Virus record (IMG/VR): IMGVR_UViG_3300005605_001024
Coordinates: 1-26,574 of that record
Direction: 5' to 3' (one strand)
DNA from: a virus
Taxonomy: Duplodnaviria; Caudoviricetes
Length of the DNA: 26,574 nucleotides
The position numbers and the translations under genes were made by a program. Under the pieces are notes generated by a model. The model had not been told where the DNA came from. It did not search any database and saw nothing but the letters and a program-made list of their open reading frames with translations. Below, in pieces: positions 1-9,439 of this stretch. Every line of letters starts with the position of its first letter. Position 1 is the stretch's first letter.

Positions 1-280
1 CTGGGCGCATTTTTTCTAGAGCTTTTTCAAGGTCTTTTTCAGTTTCATAAACCATTATTTCGTCAACGTATCTATTGGCCGACAAAAGGATTCTTCTTTC
101 GTCGAAAGACATTATTGGTTTATTTTTTTCTGGCCTATCTATCGTTGGATCCGTTTGGAGGCCAGCGATTAGGTAGTCACAATGAGCCTTTGCGTCTTTA
201 AGAAACAGGCAATGACCAGCGTGAAGCAAATCCCAGCAACTTGCAACAAATCCAATTTTCATATCTTTTTTATTTTTCAT
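1..280 (-). CDS. Glycerol-3-phosphate cytidylyltransferase-like protein (TagD family), truncated by the window edge
   Basis: Not in the ORF track. Manual translation (MKNKKD)MKIGFVASCWDLLHAGHCLFLKDAKAHCDYLIAGLQTDPTIDRPEKNKP shows the HxGH nucleotidyltransferase motif. Start is ATG at 280 or 262. Confidence 0.85.
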   Translation of the reverse strand, partial: MKNKKDMKIGFVASCWDLLHAGHCLFLKDAKAHCDYLIAGLQTDPTIDRPEKNKPIMSFDERRILLSANRYVDEIMVYETEKDLEKALEKMRP

Positions 281-1250
281 GGCTAAGGAATATATCGTCG
301 AATTTTTTCATTACTTTGCTAGGGGAGAATTCCCCGTAGGCATTCCAATCCTGCTCTGACATTTCGTCTTTTTTAAATTCTACCAATATTTTAATTAAGC
401 TGTCTAGGTCATGATACATAATGGCTTTTTCTTTTAGTATGTCTAAATGAGCTCTATCACTATGGGGATTGCAGCATATGATCGGTTTATTCATTGAGCT
501 AAACTCGCCAATTGCTTGGCCAAAAGTTTCTCCATCGCTTCTCGCCCACAACATAGCATCTGTTGTGTTTATGAACCTTACTTTTTCTTTTACGTCTATG
601 ATGGTGGGTAAGTGAATGATATTTGGAAACTCTTCGCAGAACCTTGGAAAATTAGCGAATAGAAAATAAACATTTGGGTCTTCTCTCGCTACTAGCTTTG
701 CTGCGATTTGGGCTATCGGAATATCAAATTGGCCTTTGCCTCCGTAGCCTCCGAAAACAGTCGCTGTGTCAGGTATCCCTAGTCTTCCCCTCATGTCCTC
801 TTTGACGCTTGTGTCTATGTCAATCATCCTAGGGATTACCGGATATTTGCCGTCGTTGCCTTTCACTGATGGAGCTATAGAGCAATAAATATCCCCTCTC
901 GGCAAGTGACAATTGAATACGCACTGGTGGCAAGTTTTCGCGAAAGAGCTTTTATGGGGGGATCCATTCGCCATTTTATCTTGGTCTCCACCCTCAATAA
1001 TGAATAGATAATTGCAGTTATGATTTTTTAATATTTTGTCCCCCTCATTAAAGTCTTCTATGCCGTATACTGGGAACTTATCTTTAAATTTTTGCACTAC
1101 CTCTAAGTTATTTTGGTCTTCTCTTAGTTTGTCGTATAAAATTATAGATTTATTCCCAAGTAGGTGCTCGTTGTAGAAGGCGTAGTTGTATAGAGCAGTT
1201 CCAGTCCCTCTCTCTGCAAGAGCGTTGTCTTTAAAGGCTACGGTCTTCAT
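270..1250 (-). CDS. GT-B (GT4-like) glycosyltransferase
   Basis: C-terminal GETFGQAIGE donor-binding E-x7-E motif; N-terminal ERGT..LYNYAFYNE..LGN; lies in the GT operon. Confidence 0.75.
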   Translation of the reverse strand: MKTVAFKDNALAERGTGTALYNYAFYNEHLLGNKSIILYDKLREDQNNLEVVQKFKDKFPVYGIEDFNEGDKILKNHNCNYLFIIEGGDQDKMANGSPHKSSFAKTCHQCVFNCHLPRGDIYCSIAPSVKGNDGKYPVIPRMIDIDTSVKEDMRGRLGIPDTATVFGGYGGKGQFDIPIAQIAAKLVAREDPNVYFLFANFPRFCEEFPNIIHLPTIIDVKEKVRFINTTDAMLWARSDGETFGQAIGEFSSMNKPIICCNPHSDRAHLDILKEKAIMYHDLDSLIKILVEFKKDEMSEQDWNAYGEFSPSKVMKKFDDIFLSHEK

Positions 1251-1949
1251 TTATCTTTGCCCGATGTCTAGAGTCGATTCGTACATTCCGTTTTTTGACC
1301 CTTGTTCTATTAATGATGGACACCACCAGTAAACTTTATGGTTTAATTTATAGAATTGGTACGCTAATTCCCAATCGCTAATTAAATTAAATGGGTATAC
1401 TGAATCTATGATAGCTTTTGCTGTCTCCTTTTTAAGTAAGTAAGCTTCGGCGCAGTTAGTTGCTGGGTGGTCTATCAAAAAGCAGTTATGACTTACTCTT
1501 TCCGAGCTAGATAATTTAACTCTTTGAAATCCAAACCCGCACCCAGACCCTACAAAAATTGCATCCCAATTTTCTGGGGTAGCTTTCAGATTGTGTTCAA
1601 ATTTTTCGTTAAAGTCTTTTGAGAAAACTACATCGTCTTCTAGGATAAAGCCGTATTCGCCTTCGTCTTCCGCGACCTTTTTAACGGCTTCAAAGTGCTT
1701 TATGGTGCAAGAAATTTCTGGTAAGACCAACTCCCTGTATTTAAATTCGTCTTCGTTCCATAAGCCTTTAATTTTATTTTCGTAATTTTCTGGTGATTTT
1801 TCATAAACGGAATTTATTATTTCGGGTGTAAGGTCTTCTTGATCGAAGTCTTCTATGTATTCGGCTGTTATTCCTAATTTGCCCAACTGAAGGTCCATGA
1901 AGTGCCTCCTGTCTTTTAGCTTCGTGTAATGGACTATGAAGGTTTTCAT
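1251..1949 (-). CDS. Glycosyltransferase family 25
   Basis: KDRR near the N-terminus, EISCTIKH, ILEDD and AYLL motifs typical of GT25. Confidence 0.8.
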   Translation of the reverse strand: MKTFIVHYTKLKDRRHFMDLQLGKLGITAEYIEDFDQEDLTPEIINSVYEKSPENYENKIKGLWNEDEFKYRELVLPEISCTIKHFEAVKKVAEDEGEYGFILEDDVVFSKDFNEKFEHNLKATPENWDAIFVGSGCGFGFQRVKLSSSERVSHNCFLIDHPATNCAEAYLLKKETAKAIIDSVYPFNLISDWELAYQFYKLNHKVYWWCPSLIEQGSKNGMYESTLDIGQR

Positions 1950-1950
1950 G

Positions 1951-2838
1951 CTACCAGTAACACCCCCCTTCTATGAAGGAGTTATTTTGCGGGGTTTCAT
2001 CTTTAGATGGCCTTACCCAATGCTCGTTGTAATAAGCCCCTCCCCTTCCCGGATTGTCGTCCCACCTTTTTCCCTTTATTCCAAAAATTAATTGGGTATC
2101 TCCTGCGCTATGTATTCCAATTTTGCCCATTCTTTTTGCGTGAACGGCCAAAGGTAAGCCCCAAGCTCCAGCCCCTACAAAACAAACGTCAAAATCTATT
2201 TTTTCCATATTCTCTTTTATCTTATTTAGGCCATCTTTCCAGCTAGGGAAAGGGGATTCTCCTACCATTCCCGCAGACATTGGGCATTGTATTGTATTAA
2301 GGCTTTCGAATTCTGGTAGTATATTTGGGTTTTCCCAGAGCAATTCTCTTTTCTTGTATTGTTTTTCGATTGTCTCTGCGAAAGGGGATATAACAAGAGC
2401 CTTCTTGCCTTTTAGCTCTTTAGTCCAAGGGTCTTTATAATGGAAAGGATCCCAAGACCCAGCTTTAACTATCACTGCGTTTTTTGCGTAATCCGTGAAA
2501 ACATTTTTTTCGGTAACTCCTTGCGGTTCGGGACCAAATATCCACATTCCAAAAAAGTCCAAATCTTTTATGTGATCTAAGTACTCTTCATTGAATTCAT
2601 CAAAGCTTTTTGCTTCAGGCGGGAAAATTCCCGCGTTAACAAACATAAGGTTCCCTACCCCAGAGTAGGTTCTGGGTTCCGAGTGTTGGAAATAATGCAT
2701 TAAAGACATGGCTTCTACCATGCCGATCTTTGCCGCGCAAAATGGATTTCCGTTAAGGACTTCTTTGCTAAATGCTATATTAGCTTCTTCTTTGCTTAAT
2801 AGAGCCTTTAAAAAATCTTCGTATGGGTCAGCTTCCAT
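1951..2838 (-). CDS. Polysaccharide-cluster protein, probable GT-D-fold glycosyltransferase
   Basis: PWTKELKGKKALVISPF and FDVCFVGAGAWGLPLAVHAKRMGKIGIH motifs resemble GT-D-like proteins of glycan clusters. Confidence 0.55.
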   Translation of the reverse strand: MEADPYEDFLKALLSKEEANIAFSKEVLNGNPFCAAKIGMVEAMSLMHYFQHSEPRTYSGVGNLMFVNAGIFPPEAKSFDEFNEEYLDHIKDLDFFGMWIFGPEPQGVTEKNVFTDYAKNAVIVKAGSWDPFHYKDPWTKELKGKKALVISPFAETIEKQYKKRELLWENPNILPEFESLNTIQCPMSAGMVGESPFPSWKDGLNKIKENMEKIDFDVCFVGAGAWGLPLAVHAKRMGKIGIHSAGDTQLIFGIKGKRWDDNPGRGGAYYNEHWVRPSKDETPQNNSFIEGGCYW

Positions 2839-3625
2839 TTTTTTCTTTTCTCAATTCTTGTATTATATACTCGGTAGTTTCGAACGAACCTTCAATGGAG
2901 GCATTTCTAAAATACCAATCGACACAGTGAGCAGACATTTCTCTCCATTGCTCTTTTGAGCAGCTATTTATTATATCTTCTACTTGTTGCGGATGTTCAG
3001 CGTAAAAATAATGATAGTTTTCCCTCAACGGCTCAAAGTATTTATTGTCTACGTTCTCCGTGAATATGGGAACTGTACCTGACCCCATTAGCTCTATTTC
3101 CCTGCTTGACTTCAGGGAGCATCCAGATAGGCACAATCCGAATTTGGAGTTTCTTATCTGAGATAAATAATCTTCGTATGGGGTTTTATATTCTGACTTG
3201 CCATTGAGCTCGATAGGCATGGAGAAAACCTCAACAGACTCATTCCAGTTCTTTGAGGTCCTTTTTTCAAGTTGGGTAGTATTTTGCACCTTGCCTAAAA
3301 ATATGGAACTTATGTTTCTTTGGTCAAAGTTATATATGCCGAATTCATTAATCGAATCGGCCATTTTTTTGGGGTGTTTAGGCCAGTAAACCCAAGGAGA
3401 AGTATTGCTTCCGTTGTAAACCTCATTCGCAAATAGGGCTATATCCCAATCTACTGGCAAGCTAGATAGGCCATCGTGCTCATAGAGCAAAATCCCCCCA
3501 AGCTCTTCGCCCCAAGAGCATTGCTCTTTGGTCTCTACGACCTCGCAAAAGCCTTTTTTTTCCCAAAGGGTTATAAGCTCCTGAAAAGAGTGGCTCCAGT
3601 CTACTTTGGATCTAAAGATCTTCAA
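2828..3625 (-). CDS. Exostosin-like glycosyltransferase-domain protein (paralog A)
   Basis: YLSQIRNSKFGLC...REIELMGSGTVP resembles the exostosin/GT47 C-terminal motif; clear paralog of 6358..7155. Confidence 0.55.
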   Translation of the reverse strand: MKIFRSKVDWSHSFQELITLWEKKGFCEVVETKEQCSWGEELGGILLYEHDGLSSLPVDWDIALFANEVYNGSNTSPWVYWPKHPKKMADSINEFGIYNFDQRNISSIFLGKVQNTTQLEKRTSKNWNESVEVFSMPIELNGKSEYKTPYEDYLSQIRNSKFGLCLSGCSLKSSREIELMGSGTVPIFTENVDNKYFEPLRENYHYFYAEHPQQVEDIINSCSKEQWREMSAHCVDWYFRNASIEGSFETTEYIIQELRKEKNGS

Positions 3626-3629
3626 TTTG

Positions 3630-4556
3630 TCATTTTAAGACAGAAGAGTCAAAGAAGTCCAGAACATTCTCTGGGTAGAAAGATTGATTTATTTTATTAT
3701 CAATAAAAAGGGGCTGATTGAATATTTTTCTATACATATTTCTATCATTATCTACCTTCACTATTTTCTCCAGCAAGTGTTCCCGCGTTTCAAAATGACA
3801 TAAATTAAGACAGCATTCTTCGTTGAAGTCTTTTCCGAAATCGTCATTAGAAAAATAGATTGGAATCGTTCCGGCTATCTTGGCGTGGAACAGCTTTTCG
3901 GTGAAATAGCCGCTTCTTGCGTTGTTTTCAAAGCACAACGAAAATTTATAATCTTTAAGTATTTTATATTTTATATCTTCCCCATCAGTCCAGTTACCAA
4001 ATGGTTTGCCGAATCCATCTATTGGTTTGTATAGGCTAAGTTTGTTGTAGAAATCTATTCTGCTTTTGACCGGATTACTGAAGATAGTGGCACAAAATTT
4101 AGTTTTCGGGGTGTCGATAAATTGGTTGTCATGGATTTTGTCTAAAGGTATTAGAAACCTTGGGTTCGTGTAGCCGCCTTTATCGAACCAATCTATATGA
4201 AGAGCCCATAAAGGTAGCCTGTAATTTCTTGGGTCGTTGGAGAAATCAAAAGTAAAGGCAAAGTCACATTTGCCTATGCTGTAGTTAGCTCCATGATTTG
4301 AAACGCTTATCGAGTCATCATTGTCAAAGTTAGCCGAAACCCCTTCCCCCGTATAAAAAACCTTTTTGCATCTGTGGTCTTTGTATTTGTCTCTTTCTTT
4401 CTGGTTGGCGTAATCTACGGAGAAAAATAACAGATCTGGATCATCTTCATTTATCTCTACGGAATATTTTTGAGATAACAAGTGGTAGAAGTAATTATTA
4501 TTTTTTTGAAAATTGAGCCAGAAATCTACAAAATTAATTTTAAGTTTAGGCTTCAT
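3630..4556 (-). CDS. Alpha-1,3/4-fucosyltransferase-like (GT10)
   Basis: YKFSLCFEN...GYFTEKLFHAKIAGTIPIY GT10 signature, also VFYTGE and YRLPLW. Start moved to ATG 4556, which overlaps the end of the upstream gene. Confidence 0.85.
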   Translation of the reverse strand: MKPKLKINFVDFWLNFQKNNNYFYHLLSQKYSVEINEDDPDLLFFSVDYANQKERDKYKDHRCKKVFYTGEGVSANFDNDDSISVSNHGANYSIGKCDFAFTFDFSNDPRNYRLPLWALHIDWFDKGGYTNPRFLIPLDKIHDNQFIDTPKTKFCATIFSNPVKSRIDFYNKLSLYKPIDGFGKPFGNWTDGEDIKYKILKDYKFSLCFENNARSGYFTEKLFHAKIAGTIPIYFSNDDFGKDFNEECCLNLCHFETREHLLEKIVKVDNDRNMYRKIFNQPLFIDNKINQSFYPENVLDFFDSSVLK

Positions 4557-5235
4557 CGATTTTCCAGACAACATTATCGTCGCTTACATCATCATGTCCA
4601 TATGATTTTCCGATGAAGCGATATGGGTTTTTGTTTTCTTTGTAACCGCCAGTTCTTTTCATTGGGAACGGTTTGGCGTGGGGGTTAAAGCTGAAGAATT
4701 CATCGTGGACAAGGCAATCGTTTTCAATAATAGGATAGATTTTACTCGATAAAAAATTTTGATCCACTTGCCAGAAGTTCCCCTTCTGGTACTCGTCGAT
4801 AAAAGTCTTCATGTCTTTTAAAATTGTGGATTTTACCCCCCACATCCCCCCCAGTATTTGAGCGGAGTGACCGTTGTGGTCCCTCATGATATGGAAACCT
4901 TTATCGCTTTGCATCCATTCGTCTACCGCTGATTTTTCGCGATAACTTAAGCGACTATCAGTATCTCTAGAAATCATGGCTAATACGTTTGGTTCAGACG
5001 CTGGGTAAAACCTCCAAAACATTCCCGTCCAATCTCCCTCTTCGTCCATCTCTTTTATTTCGACATTATCAAATTTTTTTAATTTATCGATTATATCGAG
5101 AGGTACAGACTTACCGACGTAAAACCTGCAAACCCACTCAGGGAAAATTTCTTTAGCCAATGCTGCGTTCTTGATCGCCCCTATAGTGTATTTGGGGTCG
5201 CTTCCCCATAAGCTAAAGCTAATTACCCTTTTCAT
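4546..5235 (-). CDS. Putative GT-A-like glycosyltransferase (DxD), uncharacterised family
   Basis: ISFSLWG..KY..GA, FWRF, SRDTDSR and HIMRDH motifs; operon context. Confidence 0.55.
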   Translation of the reverse strand: MKRVISFSLWGSDPKYTIGAIKNAALAKEIFPEWVCRFYVGKSVPLDIIDKLKKFDNVEIKEMDEEGDWTGMFWRFYPASEPNVLAMISRDTDSRLSYREKSAVDEWMQSDKGFHIMRDHNGHSAQILGGMWGVKSTILKDMKTFIDEYQKGNFWQVDQNFLSSKIYPIIENDCLVHDEFFSFNPHAKPFPMKRTGGYKENKNPYRFIGKSYGHDDVSDDNVVWKIDEA

Positions 5236-5256
5236 AATTAGGATTCTATATTTGAG

Positions 5257-5631
5257 TTATCCTTTATACGACTTCTCTTCAAAAAAAATAGATTGGGTCA
5301 TTTGATTAATCTCACGTTTAACTTCTGCTCGTTTATCATTTGTAATGTAGACTGATCTTGCCAATTGCACGAAAGAATCATCAAAATTGTTTTCTTTTTC
5401 CTTTTCCCTAATGCCGTCTTCGATCCCCCACAAAGAAAGATTTATAGATTTTAATAGGTCATATTTTTCCCGTACCTTTTGATTGCAGTTAATGTTTTCA
5501 AAAGTTTCTCTGATGCTTCCCATTTCACTAGCAATATTTTTTAGTTTATCTTTATCAGGTATTTTATCTAATTTTATTTCCAAAATGGAATACTTGTCGA
5601 GGATCTCTCCATTTGAAACTTCAATTTTCAT
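5257..5631 (-). CDS. DUF6165-like helical protein
   Basis: IEVSNGEILDKYSILEIK...LWGIEDGIR...LARSVYITNDKRAEVKREIN...EEKSY pattern; ATG at 5631 overlaps the upstream gene. Confidence 0.7.
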   Translation of the reverse strand: MKIEVSNGEILDKYSILEIKLDKIPDKDKLKNIASEMGSIRETFENINCNQKVREKYDLLKSINLSLWGIEDGIREKEKENNFDDSFVQLARSVYITNDKRAEVKREINQMTQSIFFEEKSYKG

Positions 5632-6322
5632 AACGCACAATCTCCCATTCTTTAAAAGTTTTTCCTAGAGTATTGTATTCTCTATCGTGATAATACAGTT
5701 TGCCTTGCGTGTCCAAAAGATCAAGCATACACTTAAAGGAGCTTTCCACCACATGAATTTCCTTTGCTTCTCTTAATATTTTAGTGAAGTAAAACGCATT
5801 TTCAGTCGAGTCATTTTTTATTACTTTTAAATTGCTTTCTATTTTAAGAGGGTAATGGCTTGTTGAGGACTCGTCGTGAACAAAAATGTAATCTTCGTTG
5901 TTTGGGTTTAACTTGTCGTAAACTCGCTGTTCTTCTTGTCGATCTACTTTCAGTTTGAAATAGTCAACTTTAATGTGATGGGGTATGTTTAATTGCTCAT
6001 AAAAATATTCCCAACAATTTTTTTCTGAAGATGGTTCCTTTGAGTAGAATTCATGACCGACTCGAAGAAAATCTTTTTGCGAATTTCTTTTCGCATGTTC
6101 GTAAACAAGTTCTAATTCATGATTAGCATCTCTCGGATTAATGCTAATCACATTTATTTTGGGGTCGTCGCGATACATAAACTCAACCATTTCGAGATGA
6201 TGCTTTTTTGAAAAGACATCAACAGAATCATGGCCACCTCTATCTAAAACATATCGAACCAAAGCGTTGCAGGAGATATGATCTCCTAACCCAAGGTGGT
6301 GATGTATGATTAATTCAGACAT
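5621..6322 (-). CDS. Putative GT-B glycosyltransferase-like protein
   Basis: N-terminal HHHLGLGDH and C-terminal IHVVESSF resemble GT9/GT11-like motifs; operon context. Confidence 0.5.
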   Translation of the reverse strand: MSELIIHHHLGLGDHISCNALVRYVLDRGGHDSVDVFSKKHHLEMVEFMYRDDPKINVISINPRDANHELELVYEHAKRNSQKDFLRVGHEFYSKEPSSEKNCWEYFYEQLNIPHHIKVDYFKLKVDRQEEQRVYDKLNPNNEDYIFVHDESSTSHYPLKIESNLKVIKNDSTENAFYFTKILREAKEIHVVESSFKCMLDLLDTQGKLYYHDREYNTLGKTFKEWEIVRYEN

Positions 6323-6357
6323 TTCTTATTTTCTCCGTGTGAAGCTTTGCTCGTGCG

Positions 6358-7155
6358 TTACCAAGCTTCTAAGTTCACGATTTCTTGAGTCACTTTGAAG
6401 GATCCTTCCCTTGAGCAGTTTTCTTCATACCAATTTCTGGCGTTATTTGAAATATACCTCCATTGATCTTTATTGCAATTACTTATAACTTCTCTGGCGT
6501 GTTCGGGGCTATCGACTCTTAAAAAATGCTCCCCCTCTTTTATTGGGTTGTGATAAATGGTGCATACGTTGCTTATCATCAACGGCACTACGCCGAGCCC
6601 CATTAGCTCAATTTCTCTGTTACATTTAGGGCCATATCCAGCCATGCATAAGCCAAATTTGGAATTAGCTAGTTTGTCTAGGTATTCGTCTTGAGTGTAC
6701 GGCCAGTTAAAGCTGTCGCCTAACTTCATGGGCATTTTAAAAAGCTCAATGGCTTTACTCCAATCATGTTCGGTTCTGTGGTATTGTTGGACTTTATTCT
6801 CAACCTTGCCTAAAAAAATACTTTCGATATTTCTTTCTTCGTAGGCTTTGGCCCCCTCGGATATTTTACTCTCTAATTTTCTTGGGTGTCTCCCCCAGTA
6901 AATCCACGCTCTTCCAAATTCATGCTGCATACCAGCGAATAACGCTTTATTACATTCTCTTGGTAGCCCCGGATATACATCATGCCTATCGTATTCATAA
7001 AGCAGAACGTCATTGGGCTCATCCGCCCATATGAAAACATCATCTACTTCGCCTCTAATCACTTCGCATAAGTTAGATTCTTCCCACATATCGACAAGTT
7101 CACGAGACGTGTCTCCTTTGTGCTCTGGGGTTTGCTTGCCTAGGAAAATTTTCAC
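6358..7155 (-). CDS. Exostosin-like glycosyltransferase-domain protein (paralog B)
   Basis: YLDKLANSKFGLCMAGYGPKCNREIELMGLGVVP; paralog of 2828..3625. Confidence 0.55.
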   Translation of the reverse strand: MKIFLGKQTPEHKGDTSRELVDMWEESNLCEVIRGEVDDVFIWADEPNDVLLYEYDRHDVYPGLPRECNKALFAGMQHEFGRAWIYWGRHPRKLESKISEGAKAYEERNIESIFLGKVENKVQQYHRTEHDWSKAIELFKMPMKLGDSFNWPYTQDEYLDKLANSKFGLCMAGYGPKCNREIELMGLGVVPLMISNVCTIYHNPIKEGEHFLRVDSPEHAREVISNCNKDQWRYISNNARNWYEENCSREGSFKVTQEIVNLEAW

Positions 7156-8027
7156 AGGTAAAACTTTTTTAAAGTCTCGCTTGATTCAATAACGCCTTTT
7201 ACTTTGTCGGACTCGCTGAACTGGAAAAGATCCTTCAGGAATTCCCCCTTGGCATTACATGGTTCGCCAGCCCAAGTGCATATCTTGTGTTTTTCCACGA
7301 GGTCAAAAACCTGTGATTGCTTATCGCTTACCTCAACTGAGCCTAAAGACTCTTCGGTGGTTTTAAAGCATTCGAAGTCTTGATTGTTCTTTTGCTGGTT
7401 AATGGGGGAATCCAAGAAATTATCAGGAGTGAAAAATTGATTCGTCGTAAAGGCTCTTATTATAGCTATTTGATCTGCGTCCCATCTGTTTTCGTCGCTG
7501 TAAGCTTCTCTGAATTTTGCGAAATTACTCTTTTTTATAGTTTCTGGTATTTTATTAGGCTTAAAGGAAGAAAGGCCTATTAGCATCCTGCATGGAGCGT
7601 TAAAGTGATGAGCGTGAGACCTCATTGTATGAACAGAGAAGTCGCTTCCTTCAAAAAACTTAAACGCTCTGAATTCGTCCCTTATAGGCATCGAGTCTAT
7701 ATCCCTACTCATAAATATTTCGACATCCTCCCAAAGAGGCAGCATCCTCCATACTGCTGGTTGATGGCCGTTATATTCTTCTTCTATAAACTCATAGTCA
7801 ACAATCTCCCCCCTTAGTTCCTCCATGATTTCGAACAGGGGGTGGTCTTTTATGCCCTCGCTTAAATAAAAAAAGTTGGAATATTCAGGATATAAAATTT
7901 TATTTACTATAAAAACAGAAGGTATATTGAACCAGTATCTACTTTCATCAAATCTATCTTCATCCCAAGTCCTATGAGCGTGTAAGACTTTAGGCTCAAA
8001 TAAGCAATAGGATATTTTCTTCTTCAT
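7152..8027 (-). CDS. Putative GT-A-like glycosyltransferase, distant paralog of 4546..5235
   Basis: ISYCLF, WRMLPL, SRDIDS, HTMRSH and DQ motifs align with those of 4546..5235. Confidence 0.5.
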   Translation of the reverse strand: MKKKISYCLFEPKVLHAHRTWDEDRFDESRYWFNIPSVFIVNKILYPEYSNFFYLSEGIKDHPLFEIMEELRGEIVDYEFIEEEYNGHQPAVWRMLPLWEDVEIFMSRDIDSMPIRDEFRAFKFFEGSDFSVHTMRSHAHHFNAPCRMLIGLSSFKPNKIPETIKKSNFAKFREAYSDENRWDADQIAIIRAFTTNQFFTPDNFLDSPINQQKNNQDFECFKTTEESLGSVEVSDKQSQVFDLVEKHKICTWAGEPCNAKGEFLKDLFQFSESDKVKGVIESSETLKKFYL

Positions 8028-8785
8028 TTTATCACGAAATTTCTATAATCAGCCAATCCGGAGTATTTTACTCTTAAGTCGTTTACCTCTTTAACGGCTT
8101 CAGAAAGAGTTTCTTTCTTCGTGGATATTCCGCTTGGGTTTTTGTAGTACAATCCTAGAGTTTCGTCAATCCCCATAAATTTACTACCATCTGAAGCTGC
8201 CCTAAGCCAGAAGTCAAAGTCTGCTGCCGAAACCATATCTGTCCTGAAGTAGCCATATCTTTCGTGAAGGGATTTTCTCCACACAGGGCAATTATGGGGC
8301 ATGTTGCATTTCAGTAGATTTTCATAAGAAAATTCTGGCATGTCGTATGAAGCAACAGCGTTATTGTTTTCGTAAGTATCTTCTTTAGAGCAAGTCATTA
8401 GGACGTTAGCGTAAGCCAAGTCCACCTCTGGGTTTTCATCTAGGCATTTTGCGTGTTTCTCTATGTGCTCTGGGTGTCTTTTGTCGTCAACATTCCAATT
8501 CGATAAGTATTCAGATTTTGCTTTTTTAACCCCAGTATTCCAAACTTCATATACTCCCGGATCTTCTTCTAGGGTTTCGTATTTTATGTTGTCGTTTTCT
8601 CTTAAGTAGCGGTTAATTACTTCTTCCTCTTCTTCTTTTTCGGGCGAATTAGCATTAATTAAGATAAATTCTATATCTTCAAAAATTGACTGCCTTGTTA
8701 TATCGTCAAGGAAGCTTTCCATCCATTCGGAGGCTTTGAAAATCGAGGTTATACATGAGGTTTTGTATTTTTTTTCGCTGCCCAT
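8024..8785 (-). CDS. Glycosyltransferase family 2
   Basis: SCITSIF...EFILINANS...WNTG...NVDD...DFDFWLR GT2 layout; first gene of the operon. Confidence 0.85.
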   Translation of the reverse strand: MGSEKKYKTSCITSIFKASEWMESFLDDITRQSIFEDIEFILINANSPEKEEEEEVINRYLRENDNIKYETLEEDPGVYEVWNTGVKKAKSEYLSNWNVDDKRHPEHIEKHAKCLDENPEVDLAYANVLMTCSKEDTYENNNAVASYDMPEFSYENLLKCNMPHNCPVWRKSLHERYGYFRTDMVSAADFDFWLRAASDGSKFMGIDETLGLYYKNPSGISTKKETLSEAVKEVNDLRVKYSGLADYRNFVIK

Positions 8786-8791
8786 AATAAA

Positions 8792-8797
8792 GTGTAA
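8792..8797 (+). promoter_or_regulatory. GTGTAA putative phage promoter element
   Basis: Exactly 8 nt before ATG 8806; the same spacing recurs at 9830, 10323 and 26085. Confidence 0.6.
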
Positions 8798-8798
8798 A

Positions 8799-8827
8799 AG
8801 TATATATGAACTTGATAGTCATATCAA
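8799..8827 (-). promoter_or_regulatory. Sigma70-like promoter for the glycan operon
   Basis: Minus strand TTGATA (8827-8822), 17 nt, TATACT (8804-8799), 13 nt upstream of the GT2 ATG. Confidence 0.55.
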
Positions 8828-9132
8828 GCCTAACTTGTAATGAGGGGCTGTTCTTCCGATATATCTCTATGATGGCTAAAACAGAACTGGAAATGAGCGT
8901 TCTTGTAGAGTCAAAAAAAGAGGATATAGACAAATACTACCATGAGCTCAAGGGGCATGGCTGGTTTGATTACGTAGACGACTTTATTGAGCCTAGACAT
9001 AGGCTAGAAGGAGTTAGGATAGACAATCAGTTGAATTACCCCTTGACCATAAAAACAGACACAATTTCGTGCGAAAACACCTTAAATTTACTAGGTCAGA
9101 TAAAAAGCATCAGAAATTTTACTTATGACTGA
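8806..9132 (+). CDS. Hypothetical protein
   Basis: 108-aa ORF filling the gap, preceded by GTGTAA-N8. Confidence 0.7.
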   Translation: MNLIVISSLTCNEGLFFRYISMMAKTELEMSVLVESKKEDIDKYYHELKGHGWFDYVDDFIEPRHRLEGVRIDNQLNYPLTIKTDTISCENTLNLLGQIKSIRNFTYD

Positions 9133-9412
9133 GATTGTCTATTTTTTGCTCTAGCCTGTCGAATCTATGGTTTATTGCTTGAGCAAATTCCCTGAAATCA
9201 TCCTTGCCTAGATATTTATCAGGGAGCGAAAGAGCTAATTTGTTATGATCTGCCCATAGCTTGTCGTTTTCCTTGTCCGTGATCTCTTTTAGATGCTCTA
9301 GTTCGGATCTAAGTGTCTTTATTGATTCGTAAGTTATCTTGAAGACCCACCCGCCAAAGAACGTTAGCAATCCTACGATTGCATTGAAGAAAAACTGAAA
9401 GTCTAATTCCAT
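9119..9412 (-). CDS. Small membrane-anchored coiled-coil protein (holin-like topology)
   Basis: N-terminal hydrophobic helix FFFNAIVGLLTFFGGWVF followed by a heptad-rich region. Confidence 0.6.
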   Translation of the reverse strand: MELDFQFFFNAIVGLLTFFGGWVFKITYESIKTLRSELEHLKEITDKENDKLWADHNKLALSLPDKYLGKDDFREFAQAINHRFDRLEQKIDNLSHK

Positions 9413-9432
9413 AATAATGCCTTTTGTTGTAG

Positions 9433-9438
9433 TTACAC
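9433..9438 (-). promoter_or_regulatory. GTGTAA putative phage promoter element
   Basis: GTGTAACTACA on the minus strand, just after a terminator and 20 nt before ATG 9412; the same 11-mer occurs at 9830-9840 (+). Confidence 0.5.
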
Positions 9439-9439
9439 T

